DNA from: Eledone cirrhosa
Lineage: Eukaryota
Length of the DNA stretch: 64,000 nucleotides
Assembly (NCBI GenBank): GCA_964016885.1
Contig: OZ024740.1
Location: 1,240,001-1,304,000, forward strand
Reading direction: 5' to 3'
Positions 40,101 through 55,200 of this stretch are shown here, piece after piece. The position numbers and the translations under genes were made by a program. Position 1 is the stretch's first letter; the number at the start of each line of letters is the position of its first letter. Under the pieces are notes generated by a model that did not search any database, had not been told where the DNA came from, and saw only the letters and a program-made list of their open reading frames with translations.

Positions 40101-43100
40101 AACCGGTCTGGAAGGTTATATAAGATATCTCACGCTATACAGTAACTGGTCTGGAAGGTTATATAAGATATCTCACACAATACAGTAAGTAGTCTGGAAG
40201 GTTATAGAAGATATCTCACACTATATAGTAATTGGTCTGGAAGGTTATAGAAGATATCTCACACTATATAGTAACTGGTCTGGAAGTTTATATAATATAT
40301 CTCACATTATACAGTAACTGGTCTGGAAGGTTATATAAGATATCTCACACTATATAGTAACTGGTCTGGAAGGTTATATAAGATATCTCACACTATACAG
40401 TAACTGGTCTGGAAGGTTATAGAAGATATCTCACACTATACAGTAACTGGTCTGGAAGGTTATATAAGATATCTCACACTATATAGTAACTGGTCTGGAA
40501 GGTTATAGAAGATATCTCACCCTATAGAGTAACTGGTCTGGAAGGTTATATAAGATATCTCACACTATACAGTAACTGGTCTGGAAGGTTATATAAGATA
40601 TCTCACACTATATAGTAACTGGTCTGGAAGGTTATATAAGATATCTCACACTATATAGTAACCGGTCTGGAAGGTTATATAGGATATCTCACACTATACA
40701 GTAACTGGTCTGGAAGGTTATATAAGATATCTCACACTATATAGTAACTGGTCTGGAAGGTTATATAAGATATCTCACACTATACAGTAACTGGTCTGGA
40801 AGGTTATATAAGATATCTCACACTATATAGTAACTGGTCTGGAAGGTTATATAAGATATCTCACTATACAGTAACTGGTCTGGAAGGTTATAGAAGATAT
40901 CTCACACTATACAGTAACTGGTCTGGAAGGTTATATAAGATATCTCACACTATACAGTAACTGGTCTGGAAGGTTATAGAAGATATCTCACACTATACAG
41001 TAACTGGTCTGGAAGCTTATATAAGATATCTCACACTATATAGTAACTGGTCTGGAAGGTTATAGAAGATATCTCACACTATATAGTAACTGGTCTGGAA
41101 GGTTATAGAAGATATCTCACACTATATAGTAACTGGTCTGGAAGTATATATAAGATATCTCACACTATATAGTAACTGGTCTGGAAGGTTATATAAGATA
41201 TCTCACACTATACAGTAACTGGTCTGGAAGGTTATATAAGATATCTCACACTATACAGTAACTGGTCTGGAAGGTTATATAAGATATCTCACACTATATA
41301 GTAACTGGTCTGGAAGGTTATATAAGATATCTCACTATACAGTAACTGGTCTGGAAGGTTATAGAAGATATCTCACACTATACAGTAACTGGTCTGGAAG
41401 GTTATATAAGATATCTCACACTATACAGTAACTGGTCTGGAAGGTTATAGAAGATATCTCACACTATACAGTAACTGGTCTGGAAGGTTATATAAGATAT
41501 CTCACACTATATAGTAACTGGTCTGGAAGTTTATATAAGATATCTCACACTATATAGTAACTGGTCTGGAAGGTAATATAAGATATCTAATACTATATAG
41601 TAACTGGTCTGGAAGGTTATACAAGATATCTCACACTATACAGTAACTGGTCTGGAAGGTTATATAAGATATCTCACACTATACAGTAACTGGTCTGGAA
41701 GGTTATAGAAGATATCTCCCACTATACAGTAACTGGTCTGGAAGATTATATAAGATATCTCCCACTATACAGTAACTGGTCTGGAAGGTTATATAAGATA
41801 TCTCACACTATATAGTAACTGGTCTGGAAGGTTATATAAGATATCTCACACTATATTATAACTGGTCTGGAAGGTTATATAAGATATCTCACACTATATA
41901 GTAACTGGTCTGGAAGGTTATATAAGATATCTCACACTATATAGTAACCGGTCTGGAAGGTTATATAAGATATCTCACGCTATACAGTAACTGGTCTGGA
42001 AGGTTATATAAGATATCTCACACAATACAGTAAGTAGTCTGGAAGGTTATAGAAGATATCTCACACTATATAGTAATTGGTCTGGAAGGTTATAGAAGAT
42101 ATCTCACACTATATAGTAACTGGTCTGGAAGTTTATATAATATATCTCACATTATACAGTAACTGGTCTGGAAGGTTATATAAGATATCTCACACTATAT
42201 AGTAACTGGTCTGGAAGGTTATATAAGATATCTCACACTATACAGTAACTGGTCTGGAAGGTTATAGAAGATATCTCACACTATACAGTAACTGGTCTGG
42301 AAGGTTATATAAGATATCTCACACTATATAGTAACTGGTCTGGAAGGTTATAGAAGATATCTCACCCTATAGAGTAACTGGTCTGGAAGGTTATATAAGA
42401 TATCTCACACTATACAGTAACTGGTCTGGAAGGTTATATAAGATATCTCACACTATATAGTAACTGGTCTGGAAGGTTATATAAGATATCTCACACTATA
42501 TAGTAACCGGTCTGGAAGGTTATATAGGATATCTCACACTATACAGTAACTGGTCTGGAAGGTTATATAAGATATCTCACACTATATAGTAACTGGTCTG
42601 GAAGGTTATATAAGATATCTCACACTATACAGTAACTGGTCTGGAAGGTTATATAAGATATCTCACACTATATAGTAACTGGTCTGGAAGGTTATATAAG
42701 ATATCTCACTATACAGTAACTGGTCTGGAAGGTTATAGAAGATATCTCACACTATACAGTAACTGGTCTGGAAGGTTATATAAGATATCTCACACTATAC
42801 AGTAACTGGTCTGGAAGGTTATAGAAGATATCTCACACTATACAGTAACTGGTCTGGAAGCTTATATAAGATATCTCACACTATATAGTAACTGGTCTGG
42901 AAGGTTATAGAAGATATCTCACACTATATAGTAACTGGTCTGGAAGGTTATAGAAGATATCTCACACTATATAGTAACTGGTCTGGAAGTATATATAAGA
43001 TATCTCACACTATATAGTAACTGGTCTGGAAGGTTATATAAGATATCTCACACTATACAGTAACTGGTCTGGAAGGTTATAGAAGATATCTCACACTATA

Positions 43101-46100
43101 CAGTAACTGGTCTGGAAGGTTATAGAAGATATCTCACACTATATAGTAACTGGTCTGGAAGGTTATAGAAGATATCTCATACCATACAGGAACTGGTCTG
43201 GAAGGTTATAGAAGATATTTCACACTATACAGTAACTGGTCTGGAAGGTTATATAAGATGTCTCACACTATACAGTAACTGGTCTGGAAGGTTATAGAAG
43301 ATATCTCACACTATATAGTAACTGGTGTGGAAGTTTATATAAGATATCTCACACTATATAGTAACTGTTCTGGAAGGTTATAGAAAATATCTCACTATAT
43401 AGTAACTGGTCTGGAAGTATATATAAGATATCTCACACTATACAGTAACTGGTCTGGAAGGTTATATAAGATATCTCACACTATATAGTAACTGGTCTGG
43501 AAAGTTATAGAAGATATCTCAGACTATATAGTAACTAGTCTGGAAGTATATATAAGATATATCACACTATATTATAACTGGTCTGGAAGTTTATAGAAGA
43601 TATCTCACACTATATAGTAACTGGTCTGGAAGGTTATATAAGATATCACACACTATATAGTAACTGGTCTGGAAGGTTATATAAGATATCTCACATTATA
43701 TAGTAACTGGTCTGGAAGGTTATATAAGATATCTCACACTGTATAGTAACTGGTCTGGAAGGTTATATAAGATATCTCACACTATATAGTAACTGGTCTG
43801 GAAGGTTATATAAGATATCTCACACTATACAGTAACTGGTCTGGAAAGTTATAGAAGATATCTCACACTATATAGTAACTGGTCTGGAAGGTTATATAAG
43901 ATATCTCACACTATATAGTAACTGGTCTGGAAAGTTATAGAAGATATCTCACACTATATAGTAACTGGTCTGGAAGGTTATATAAGATATCTCACACTAT
44001 ATAGTAACTGGTCTTGAATGGTTATATAAGATATCTCACACTATATAGTAACTGGTCTGGAAGGTTATAGAAGATATCTCACTATACAGTAACTGGTCTG
44101 GAAGGTTATAGAAGTTATCTCACACTATATAGTAACTGGTCTGGAAGGTTATATAAGATACCTCACACTATATAGTAACTGGTCTGGAAGGTTATAGAAG
44201 ATATCTCACACTATATAGTAACTGGTCTGGAAGGTTATAGAAGATATCTCACACTATATAGTAACTGGTCTGGAAGGTTATAGAAGATATCTCACTATAT
44301 AGTAACTGGTCTGAATGTTATAGAAGATATCTCACACTATATAGTAACTGGTCTGGAAGGTTATAGAAGATATCTCACACTATATAGTAACTGGTCTGGA
44401 AGGTTATAGAAGATATCTCACACTATATAGTAACTGGTCTGGAAGGTTATAGAAGATATCTCACACTATATAGTAACTGGTCTGGAAGGTTATATAAGAT
44501 ATCTCACACTATATAGTAACTGGTCTGGAAGTTTATAGAAGATATCTCACACTATACAGTAACTACTCTGGAAGGTTATATAAGATATCTCATACTATAT
44601 AGTAACTGGTCTGGAAGGTTATATAAGATATCTCACACTATACAGTAACTAGTCTGGTAGGTTATATAAGATATCTCACACTATACAGTAACTGGTCTGG
44701 AAGGTTATATAAGATATCTCATACTATATAGTAACTGGTCGGGAAGTTTATATAAGATATCTCACACTATACAGTAACTGGTCTGGAAGGTAATATAAGA
44801 TATCTAATACTATATAGTAACTGGTCTGGAAGGTTATATAAGATATCTCACACTATACAGTAACTAGTCTGGTAGGTAATATAAGATATCTCATACTATA
44901 TAGTAACTGGTCGGGAAGGTTATATAAGATATCTCACACTATACAGTAACTGGTCTGGAAGGTAATATAAGATATCTCATACTATATAGTAACTGGTCTG
45001 GAAGGTTATATAAGATATCTCACACTATACAGTAACTGGTCTGGAAGGTTATAGAAGATATCTCACACTATATAGTAACTGGTCTGGAAGTTTATATAAG
45101 ATATCTCACACTATATAGTAACTGGTCTGGAAGGTAATATAAGATATCTAATACTATATAGTAACTGGTCTGGAAGGTTATATAAGATATCTCACACTAT
45201 ACAGTAACTGGTCTGGAAGGTTATATAAGATATCTCACACTATACAGTAACTGGTCTGGAAGATTATATCACATATCTCACACTATACAGTAACTGGTCT
45301 GGAAGGTTATATCACATATCTCACACTATACAGTAACTGGTCTGGAAGGTTATATAAGATATCTCACACTATATAGTAACTGGTCTGGAAGGTTATATAA
45401 GATATCTCACACTATATAGTAACTGGTCTGGAAGGTTATAGAAGATATCTCACACTATATAGTAACTGGTCTGGAAGGTAATATAAGATATCTCACACTA
45501 TAGAGTAACTGGTCTGGAAGGTTATAGAAGATATCTCACACTATATAGTAACTGGTCTGGAATGTTATAGAAGATATCTCACACTATATAGTAACTGGTC
45601 TGGAAGGTTATATAAGATATCTCACACTATATAGTAACCGGTCTGGAAGGTTATACAAGATATCTCACACTATACAGTAACTGGTCTGGAAGGTTATATA
45701 AGATATCTCACACAATACAGTAAGTAGTCTGGAAGGTTATAGAAGATATCTCACACTATATAGTAATTGGTCTGGAAGGTTATAGAAGATATCTCACACT
45801 ATATAGTAACTGGTCTGGAAGTTTATATAATATATCTCACATTATACAGTAACTGGTCTGGAAGGTTATATAAGATATCTCACACTATATAGTAACTGGT
45901 CTGGAAGGTTATAGAAGATATCTCACACTATACAGTAACTGGTCTGGAAGGTTATATAAGATATCTCACACTATATAGTAACTGGTCTGGAAGGTTATAG
46001 AAGATATCTCACCCTATAGAGTAACTGGTCTGGAAGGTTATATAAGATATCTCACACTATACAGTAACTGGTCTGGAAGGGTATATAAGATATCTCACAC

Positions 46101-46533
46101 TATATAGTAACTGGTCTGGAAGTTTATATAATATATCTCACATTATACAGTAACTGGTCTGGAAGGTTATATAAGATATCTCACACTATATAGTAACTGG
46201 TCTGGAAGGTTATATAAGATATCTCACTATACAGTAACTGGTCTGGAAGGTTATAGAAGATATCTCACACTATACAGTAACTGGTCTGGAAGGTTATATA
46301 AGATATCTCACACTATACAGTAACTGGTCTGGAAGGTTATATAAGATATTTCACACTATATAGTAAGTGCTCTGGAAGGTAATATAAGATATCTCACTAT
46401 ACAGTAACTGGTCTGGAAGGTTATATAAGATATCTCACACTATAGTAACTGGTCTGGAAGGTTATATAAGATATCTCACACTATATAGTAACTGGTCTGG
46501 AAGGTTATAGAAGATATCTCACTATATAGTAAC
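34138..46533. repeat. 43-bp minisatellite, about 12.4 kb (roughly 290 copies)
   Basis: GGTCTGGAAGGTTATAKAAGATATCTCACACTATAYAGTAACT; starts at 34266, 34309. Confidence 0.98.
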
Positions 46534-46584
46534 ATGATCAATTATCTAAGATATTTAACTGAATAACTGTTTATTTAGGACATC

Positions 46585-49156
46585 ACAACACAGACCTAAC
46601 AACAGAGATATGGCTTACATAACTAATCTAGGACACAACACAGACCTAACAACAGAGACATGGCTTACATAACTAATCTAGGACACAACACATACCTAAC
46701 AACAGAGATATGGCTTACATAACTAATCTATGACACAACATAGACCTAACAACAGAGACATGGCTTACATAACTAATCTAGGACACAACATAGACCTAAC
46801 AACAGAGACATGACTAACATAACTAATTTAGGTCACAACATAGACCTAACAGAGATATGGTTCACATAACTAATGTAGGACACAACACAGACCTAACAAC
46901 AGAGACATGGCTTACATAACTAATGTAGGACACATCACAGATCTAACAACAGAGACATGTCTTACATAACTAATCTAGGACACAACATAGACCTAACAAC
47001 AGAGACATGTCTTACATAACTAATGTAGGACACAACAGACCTAACAACAGAGACATAGCTTACATAACTAATCTAGGACACAACATAGACCTAACATCAG
47101 AGACATGGCTTACATAACTAATGTAGGACACAACACAGACCTAACAGAGACATGGATTACATAACTAATGTAGGACACAACACAGACGTAACAACAGAGA
47201 CATGTCTTACATAACTAATCTAGGACACAATATAGACCTAACAACAGAGATATGGCTTACATAACTAATTTAGGACAACACAGATCTAACATCAGAGACA
47301 TGATTTACATAACTAATCTAGGACACAACATAGACCTAACAACAGAGACATGGATTACATAACTAATGTAGGACACAACACAGACCTAACAACAGAGATA
47401 TGGCTCACATAACTAATGTAGGACACAACATAGACCTAACAGAGATATGGCTTACATAACTAATGTAGGACACAACACAGACGTAACAACAGAGACATGT
47501 CTTACATAACTAATCTAGGACACAATATAGACCTAACAACAGAGATATGGCTTACATAACTAATCTACGACACAACATAGACCTAACAACAGAGACATGG
47601 CTTACATAACTAATTTAGGACACAACACAGACCTAACAACAGAGATATGGCTTACATAACTAATCTAGGACACAACATAGACCTAACAACAGAGATATGG
47701 CTTACATAACTAATCTAGGACACAACACAGACCTAACAACACAGACATGATTTACATAACTAATGTAGGACACAACAGACCTAACAACAGAGACATGGCT
47801 CACATAACTAATGTAGGACACAACATAGACCTAACAACAGAGATATGGCTTACATAACTAATCTAGGACATAACATAGACCTAACAACAGAGATATGGCT
47901 TACATAACTAATCTAGGACACAACACAGAGCTAACAACACAGACATGTCTTACATAACTAATCTAGGACACAACATAGACCTAACAACACAGACAAGATT
48001 TACATAACTAATGTAGGACACAACATAGACCTAACAACAGAGACATGGCTCACATAACTAATGTAGGACACAACATAGACCTAACAACAGAGATATGGCT
48101 TACATAACTAATCTAGGACACAATACAGACTTAACAACACACACATGATTTACATAACTAATGTAGGACACAACATAGACCTAACAACAGAGACATGGCT
48201 CACATAACTAATGTAGGACACAACATAGACCTAACAACAGAGATATGGCTCACAACTAATGTAGGACACAACATAGACCTAACAACAGAGACATGGCTCA
48301 CATAACTAATCTAGGACACAACATAGACCTAACAACAGAGATATGGCTCACATAACTAATGTAGGACACAACATAGACCTAACAACACAGACATGATTTA
48401 CATAACTAATGTAGGACACAACATAGACCTAACAACATAGACATGGCTCACATAACTAATGTAGGACACAACATAGACCTAACAACACAGACATGATTTA
48501 CATAACTAATGTAGGACACAACATAGACCTAACAACAGAGACATGGCTTACATAACTAATGTAGGACACAACATAGACCTAACAACAGAGACATGGCTTA
48601 CATAACTAATGTATGACACAACATAGACCTAACAACACAGACATGTCTTACATAACTAATGTAGAACACAACACAGACCTAACAACAGAGATATGGCTCA
48701 CATAACTAATCTAGGACACAACATAGACCTAACAACAGAGACATGGCTCACATAACTAATGTAGGACACAACATAGACCTAACAACAGAGATATGGCTCA
48801 CATAACTAATCTAGGACACAACATAGACCTAACAACAGAGACATGGCTCACATAACTAATCTAGGACACAACACAGACCTAACAACAGAGACATGGCTCA
48901 CATAACTAATGTAGGACACAACATAGACCTAACAACAGAGACATGGCTCACATAACTAATGTAGGACACAACATAGACCTAACAACAGAGACATGGCTCA
49001 CATAACTAATCTAGGACACAACACAGACCTAACAACAGAGATATGGCTTACATAACTAATGTAGGACACAACATAGACCTAACAACAGAGACATGGCTCA
49101 CATAACTAATGTAGGACACAACATAGACCTAACAACAGAGACATGGCTCACATAAC
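46585..49156. repeat. 50-bp minisatellite (about 51 copies)
   Basis: GGACACAACAYAGACCTAACAACAGAGAYATGGCTYACATAACTAATSTA, period 50. Confidence 0.97.
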
Positions 49157-49293
49157 TTGTCATCCTTCCCAACTACTTAACTGCAGACTTATCCATTCCT
49201 ATCAGTTTCTCAATAGGAATAAAAGTCAACTTCAGAGGTTGAGAATACAGTTGATTCCATGAAGTGGTTAATATTGGAACAGTTAGGACATAA

Positions 49294-49420
49294 CTGTTTC
49301 TACTTTAGGCACAAGGCCAGAAAATTACGCAGTACATTACTGGTACTTTATTTTATCGATCCCGTAAGGATGAAAGGCAAAGTTAACCTCGGCGGGATTT
49401 GAATTCAGACTGTAAAGGGG
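49294..49420 (-). mobile_element. SINE (same family as 55354-55540), 5'-truncated
   Basis: GGTACTTTATTTTATCG...GGATGAAAGGCAAAGTTAACCTCGGCGGGATTTGAA. Confidence 0.85.
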
Positions 49421-49485
49421 CGTAAGGAAGGACAGCAAGGTGTAGAAACAATGACAAAAGGGGTTGAGAGGACATTACAACCACT

Positions 49486-49567
49486 CTAGTGCTGGTGCCA
49501 TGATAAAATACACCCAGTACACTCTGTAAAGGGGTCGGCATTAGGAAGGGCATCCAACTGGAGAAAC
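49486..49567 (+). mobile_element. Fragment related to the RTE 3'UTR (RTE-tailed SINE or old RTE end)
   Basis: CACCCAGTACACTCTGTAAAG...TTAGGAAGGGCATCCAACTG matches the RTE 3'UTR motif. Confidence 0.65.
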
Positions 49568-49972
49568 TGTCACAGGGATGCTACAACTTAAAATAAAATT
49601 TTGCCTGGGATAGATTAGCAAAATTTAATAAACGGGGGGGGGGGTCTGTAAAATTGATAAGCGGGAGGGGGGGGATTATTCATGACCTGAGAGTAGATAT
49701 AGAGATAAATACGGCTATCTATTGATTTACTAAAGTAGAAAGACATACATACAAAGCTTGTGATGTTAAACACAAGCATAAGAGATTAAAGACCAGAGGC
49801 TGTGAAGTGTATGTATTTTAATATAATTTTCTGAACACTAATATTATTATGATACATTTCTTCTTCATCACTTTCTTTCATGCATCAGTTCTGTCTCTCC
49901 AGAGAATAACACTTCAGAAGAGTGCTGCCTCAAAGTCCCACTAGACAAACATGCATATGTGTTACATCAGAG

Positions 49973-50648
49973 CAGAGTTTCACAATCTTCATTACCCTAG
50001 TGGAACCCTTGAAATAGTTTTCATGTCTCAAAGAAAGCCTGCATAAAAATTATTATATACAATTGTGAACTGTTAATATCAATTGGGCGTCGGGCAACAT
50101 GATTTGCGACATGTGGTTACGGCCCTTTACATTCTGAGTTCAAATCCTGCCGAGGTTAGCTTTGTCTTTCATCCTTATGAGGTCGATAAAATAAAGTACC
50201 AACCAGTAATGCACTGAAATAATTGTTGGCCTTGTGTCTAAATAAGAAACCATTATTGGCAGTATCGGTAGAGGGTCGGATGTCATGCTTTGAAGCATAG
50301 AGTTACCTCCCTGTATGATCTGAGTTCAAATCCCGCCGAGGTTAACTTTGCCTTTCATCCTTCCGGGGTCGATAAAATAAAGTACCAGTAATGCACTGGA
50401 TAATTGCTGGCCTTGTGCCAAAAGTAGAAACAATTATTAATATATATATATTTTAGAAGTCGAAGCCTTTATTATAATAAGCAAAAATTTTCGAACAATA
50501 TGCCGTACGCGTATAGTAAAATTAGGATATAAATTAAACAAATATTACTCAAAAATACACAAGCATATTTATCACAGTTTCTCGTGGAACCCTTTACGAT
50601 CTTATGCGGAACCTTAGAGTTTCGGGGAACACCGACTGAGAAATGCTA
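49973..50648. mobile_element. Possible old non-autonomous hAT-type DNA transposon with nested SINEs
   Basis: Degenerate TIR-like ends CAGAGTTTCAC / GAGAAATGCTA, subterminal GGAACC motifs, imperfect 8-bp flanks CATCAGAG / CATCGAAC. Confidence 0.4.
50085..50437 (+). mobile_element. Two tandem SINE copies (about 50085-50253 and 50255-50437)
   Basis: Two B-box GAGTTCAAATC motifs, each followed by CTTTCATCCTT...GTCGATAAAATAAAGTACCA and a ...TAGAAAC tail. Confidence 0.85.
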
Positions 50649-51261
50649 CATCGAACGATAGAGATTCGCTGAAGGGAGAAATTTAATTTACACCTTTAAA
50701 TAAGTCGTTTATAACAGTATATAGAGATTTGAAATAGCGTTTCTTAACACCATTCTACATTCAAAGTAGCTATAACTCAATATACTATATATCAACATTT
50801 CCTACTCTGTCGTTTAATATTTGTGGTGGGTGTGAAATTTCTTGTGGTAATGGTATCTGTTGGGGGTTGGTGTTGTTGATGTTAGTCTTAGTTAATTATC
50901 GGCATTGAGTTCAGTATGGGGAGGCGTCTTCTGAAAACATGTCTTTCAACCAAAGTGTTCCCGACGAATGTTTTCGACGAATCATGTGGTTTCTGGGCAT
51001 GTCTTCTACTATAGCATCAAGGTAACAAATGCCTTGTGAGTGGAATTTGGTACATGGAAATTGTAGAAGCCCGTCACGTCTACATGTTAACACATATCTG
51101 AGGAGCCTCCGATTCCAGAGTCAGGATCAATCATTAATAGATCGTTCCTCGAGGTGATCGACATTGAAACATATGTAATATGTAATTAAATATGTATATG
51201 ATGCAACACTGATTCTTTGTTCCCTTATATATTAATACTATATATATATGTGTGTGTTCAT

Positions 51262-51368
51262 GTTCCTTAATCGATAAAATAAGTACCGGGGTCAATGCAC
51301 TGACTTTATGGCGGTATCCCAGCATGGCCATAATCTAATCACAGAAACCAGTAAATAATAAAAGAATA
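51262..51368 (+). mobile_element. Decayed SINE with a CR1-group-like tail
   Basis: TCGATAAAATAAGTACC followed by GGCGGTATCCCAGCATGGCC...AGAAACCAGTAAA. Confidence 0.6.
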
Positions 51369-52249
51369 TATATATATATATATTAGATAACTAAAACTTA
51401 ACTACCTAGGTTTACGTGCATCTACCCGTATATAGCGAGTTAAACAAGACACACATATAGGCATGATTGGTTAGACCGGCATATTAAAGTAAATATTGTT
51501 GCAACAACAACATACACTGATGCATTCGCTAGAAATGGTAAATAAACACTTACCCCAAGATCATATTGCAGTTATATGCAATTAGGTAGGTTTTATAGAC
51601 TTCGTCAGTCATTTTGGACGGAGTGCTAAGACACTAACAGAGTTTATCGATGAAACACGGTGTTAATGCAAAATGTAGCTACTGTATTTATTAATTCCGC
51701 AAGTTGAAGTTTAATCTTTGATCTTTAATTCTAATCGCGTTCAGTTGTTGAGGGTGTGTTAAGTCCCTATCAAGGCTAATATGGGGTTAAACAACAGATA
51801 TCGTATAAGTTAATATAAGCCTACATCAGAAGATTATGCTTGGATATTTCCTGAGTTACGAGAACAACAGCCAGTGACAGAGAAAAAGGAGGTTTCTCTA
51901 CGGGGCTTATTTTCTTATAACGGCTATAGTGTTGACTCGGTTGTTCACCCCTTCCTTTACATTTTCTTTTCTTTAATATTGTAATATTAAACGGCTATTA
52001 AGTCGCTATCTGAGGGGATCTTGTGTCGTTGGCTACTAGACATTGGAGATGTAGTTACCTGAGACAAAACTAGGTTGGGGAGGGCTTCATTTATGTAAAA
52101 TTGTTCTTACAATATATATGACTCGAAACTGATTATCCCCATCGCTAAAAACTGCACATTAATTGGTGCATCTCTTTAACCAAGCAGACCGTGGATCAAA
52201 GGCATTCTATCCGTGTCTGTCCCGTCTTTTCTTTTTATTCAACATGTAT

Positions 52250-55200
52250 CTAAATACTACATTGCCAAATATCATCTGATAAAGCTAGGCGTGAAAGTCG
52301 GATTGCCTTCCGAACACGTCCTGGTCTTCCACCTGATGTCCGCCCAAAGCTCCGTGCTGCAGCTTCCTTAAACCGCAGCTCGGCAGAACATGAAAGCTTC
52401 AGCCTACGTGATGATGGGCAGATATAGAAGTTTGTTAAGGCTGGTGAAACATGGAAAAGAGATACCAGCTGGTCTGAAAACACTGTAACCTCAACAACTG
52501 ACCATAAAAAAAAACTGAAAAAACTCTGGGAAACTAAATCAGAACAACCTGTCATCCCCTGCACATAATCATAGACTGGAATCAAGGTACAAATTGTTGT
52601 CCTTGAATGTACGTAGTATATGCAATAAGATACATCTTTTTGATTCCTACGTCAAAAGTATCAACCCTGACTTCATTACAGTCACGGAAACATGGGCACA
52701 TTCCTTACTCTGTGATGGGGTTTTCAGCAAAACTGGCTACAACTCGTTTCATAAAGACCGCATTAATTGTGGTGGTGGTGGTGTAATGGTCTACGTTCGG
52801 TCAAATTTTTCGGCAATTCCTTGTGTTGATTTGAACCAATCGCAGCAAGGGGTATTTTTCTGCGATATACGTATGACCATGTCAACACTGCTACTTGGAG
52901 TTGTTTACCGTCCCCCAAATTACTATCAGGGCACTCAACTTTGTGATATCCTCAGAGTTGCTGCCAGGAAAACAGCCACTTATGTTTTTATTGCAGGAGA
53001 CTTCAATCACTCTGAGATTGACTGGGAAACCTTTCGTTGGCCGCCAAGTGCAAATGACTTCCTTGAGCTAGTGCTGGACTCGAACTGGTCCCAAGTAGTC
53101 ACCTCCCCTACAAGAGGTGACAACACTTTGGATCTACTCTTCACCACTACTCCTGAAACGGTTATTAGTGTTACAACTGAGGAACCTTTAGGTGACTCTG
53201 AGCATGCTATGATCATTGCCAATCTGTCCCTCATGGGCAGTAACAAAAACCACAACCATCTCCAAACTGCTCACTTTGACTGGAATAAAGCAGACTGGAA
53301 CTGTTACTGTACCGAGTTGCAGTGTCCAAACTGGCTTGAGTTCTATGACCCTGGAGATGTCAACACTGTACTCCAGAACATCCTGAGCTCAATATGGACA
53401 GCATGTGCAGCATTGGTGCCACGTAAGCAGAAAAAAAACATCCCAAAAGTGCAATTTGGGAGACTGCAGCAGTCCGTCTTGCCAGAAAAGAACGTCGTAA
53501 TGCTGAACGTGAGTACAAACTGCATAAATCAGATATCAATAGGAAGAAGCGAAATAAATCATCCAACCATCTCAAACAGGTGACAAAAAAGGCAATGCTT
53601 CAAGTTGAGCAGCGCATAGCAACCAACCCTGACAGTAAGGTGTTCTGGAAGTATGTTCACTCAAAGCAGAGGTCTCACTCTCCAATTAGTCCTCTTCGCA
53701 ATCCCCACATAAGCCAGGTTACTGATGACCCCAAGGAATGCGCAGAGATCATTGCTGAATGCTATGCAGGCATTTTCACTATTGAAGACCAGAGTGTACC
53801 GTCTCCATCACCTCTAGCATCGGATTCTATTACAACTATGGAATTTACACCTGCAATGCTGCGACGTCACCTTAAAAATAAACGCAACCATGCCTCTTCT
53901 GGTCTTGATGGTGTTACATACCTGCTTCTCAAACGTGGCGGGTACTTACTTTTGCACCAGCTATCACGCTTCTTCCAATTCTGTCTGAACAACGGTGCTA
54001 TTCCGGAGCAGTGGAAAACTGCCAGTCTCATTCCTCTGTTCAAAAAGGGCGACCACACATCACCTGTCAACTATCATCCAGTCAGTCTCACTAGCTGCAT
54101 TGCCAAACTGATGGAATCATGTGTCAGAGAAACACTCTAGAACTTCTGGAACTCTCACAGTCTTATCCGGCCCTCAAAATTTGGATCTATCCCTAACTCC
54201 AGCTGCTGTGATCAACTTATCGAGTTTCTTGAAGACATCACCCGGATCACTGACAGCGGCTCATGGGTGGATGTTGTTTACCTTGACTTCGCTTTTAATT
54301 CTGTGCCCCACAAAAGACTTATGGCAAAACTCTCTGCAATGGGTGTGAAGGATGATCTTTTTAACTGGTTGAACTCCTTCATTCTCAGTCGAAGAGAGGT
54401 AGTCACGGTTCTAGGACATAGGTGCCAACTTAAAGAATGCCACAGTACTAAAATATGCAGATGACATCAAGCTGTACCTTGAGATAAAAAGAATAGATCC
54501 TGAACACTATAGATCTTGCCTGCAATCTGACCTGGACACAATGCAACAATGGATCACAGACTGGCAACTCAAGCTAGCTGTGGACAAGTGTACCACCATG
54601 CATTTTGGGAGTAAAAACCCAGCGTCCACATACTCCCTCCACAACACTAATATCAAGAAGTCTTGTGAACGTGACCGGGGCATTACTGTCAGCAATGATT
54701 TGCGTTGGACGAAGCATGTCTCTAAAATTGTCAAGAGGGCCGAGGGTGTCTTAGCATCATTCAGCAAGACCTTTGTCAGCCGCTCTCCAGCTATCTATTT
54801 AAAGCTGTATATAGCTATGGTGCGGCCACACTTAGAATTTGCATCACTAGTCTGGAACCCCTATCTTGCTCAGAATATTGACCTCCTGGAAACTGTTCAG
54901 AGATGTGCAACCAAGCGAATACCCTCCATCAGGCATCTACCATACTCTGAACGCCACGCTTCCCTGGGCATGGATACATTGAATCTCCGACATCTGGCAA
55001 CTGACATGGTAATCACCCACAAAATTATTAACCATCTTGCCAACAACAACCCTGAGCACCTTTTTGATTTCCATGTGTCTAACACAAGTGGGCATGCCTA
55101 CAAAGTCAGAAAACAGCACAGCTCCCATGACTTTCGGAATCATTTTTTCACGCTCAGAGTTGCTGAAGCATGGAACAAACTGCCTGTATCAGTTGTTAGC

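Noticed and set aside
34138-49156. CRISPR-like look of the 43-bp and 50-bp arrays
   Set aside because: No unique spacers, no cas genes, eukaryotic context; they are plain tandem repeats.
49745-49945. Possible minus-strand host exon (TTTGTCTAG acceptor, GTATGT donor)
   Set aside because: Only a short unrecognisable reading frame; not supportable without RNA-seq.
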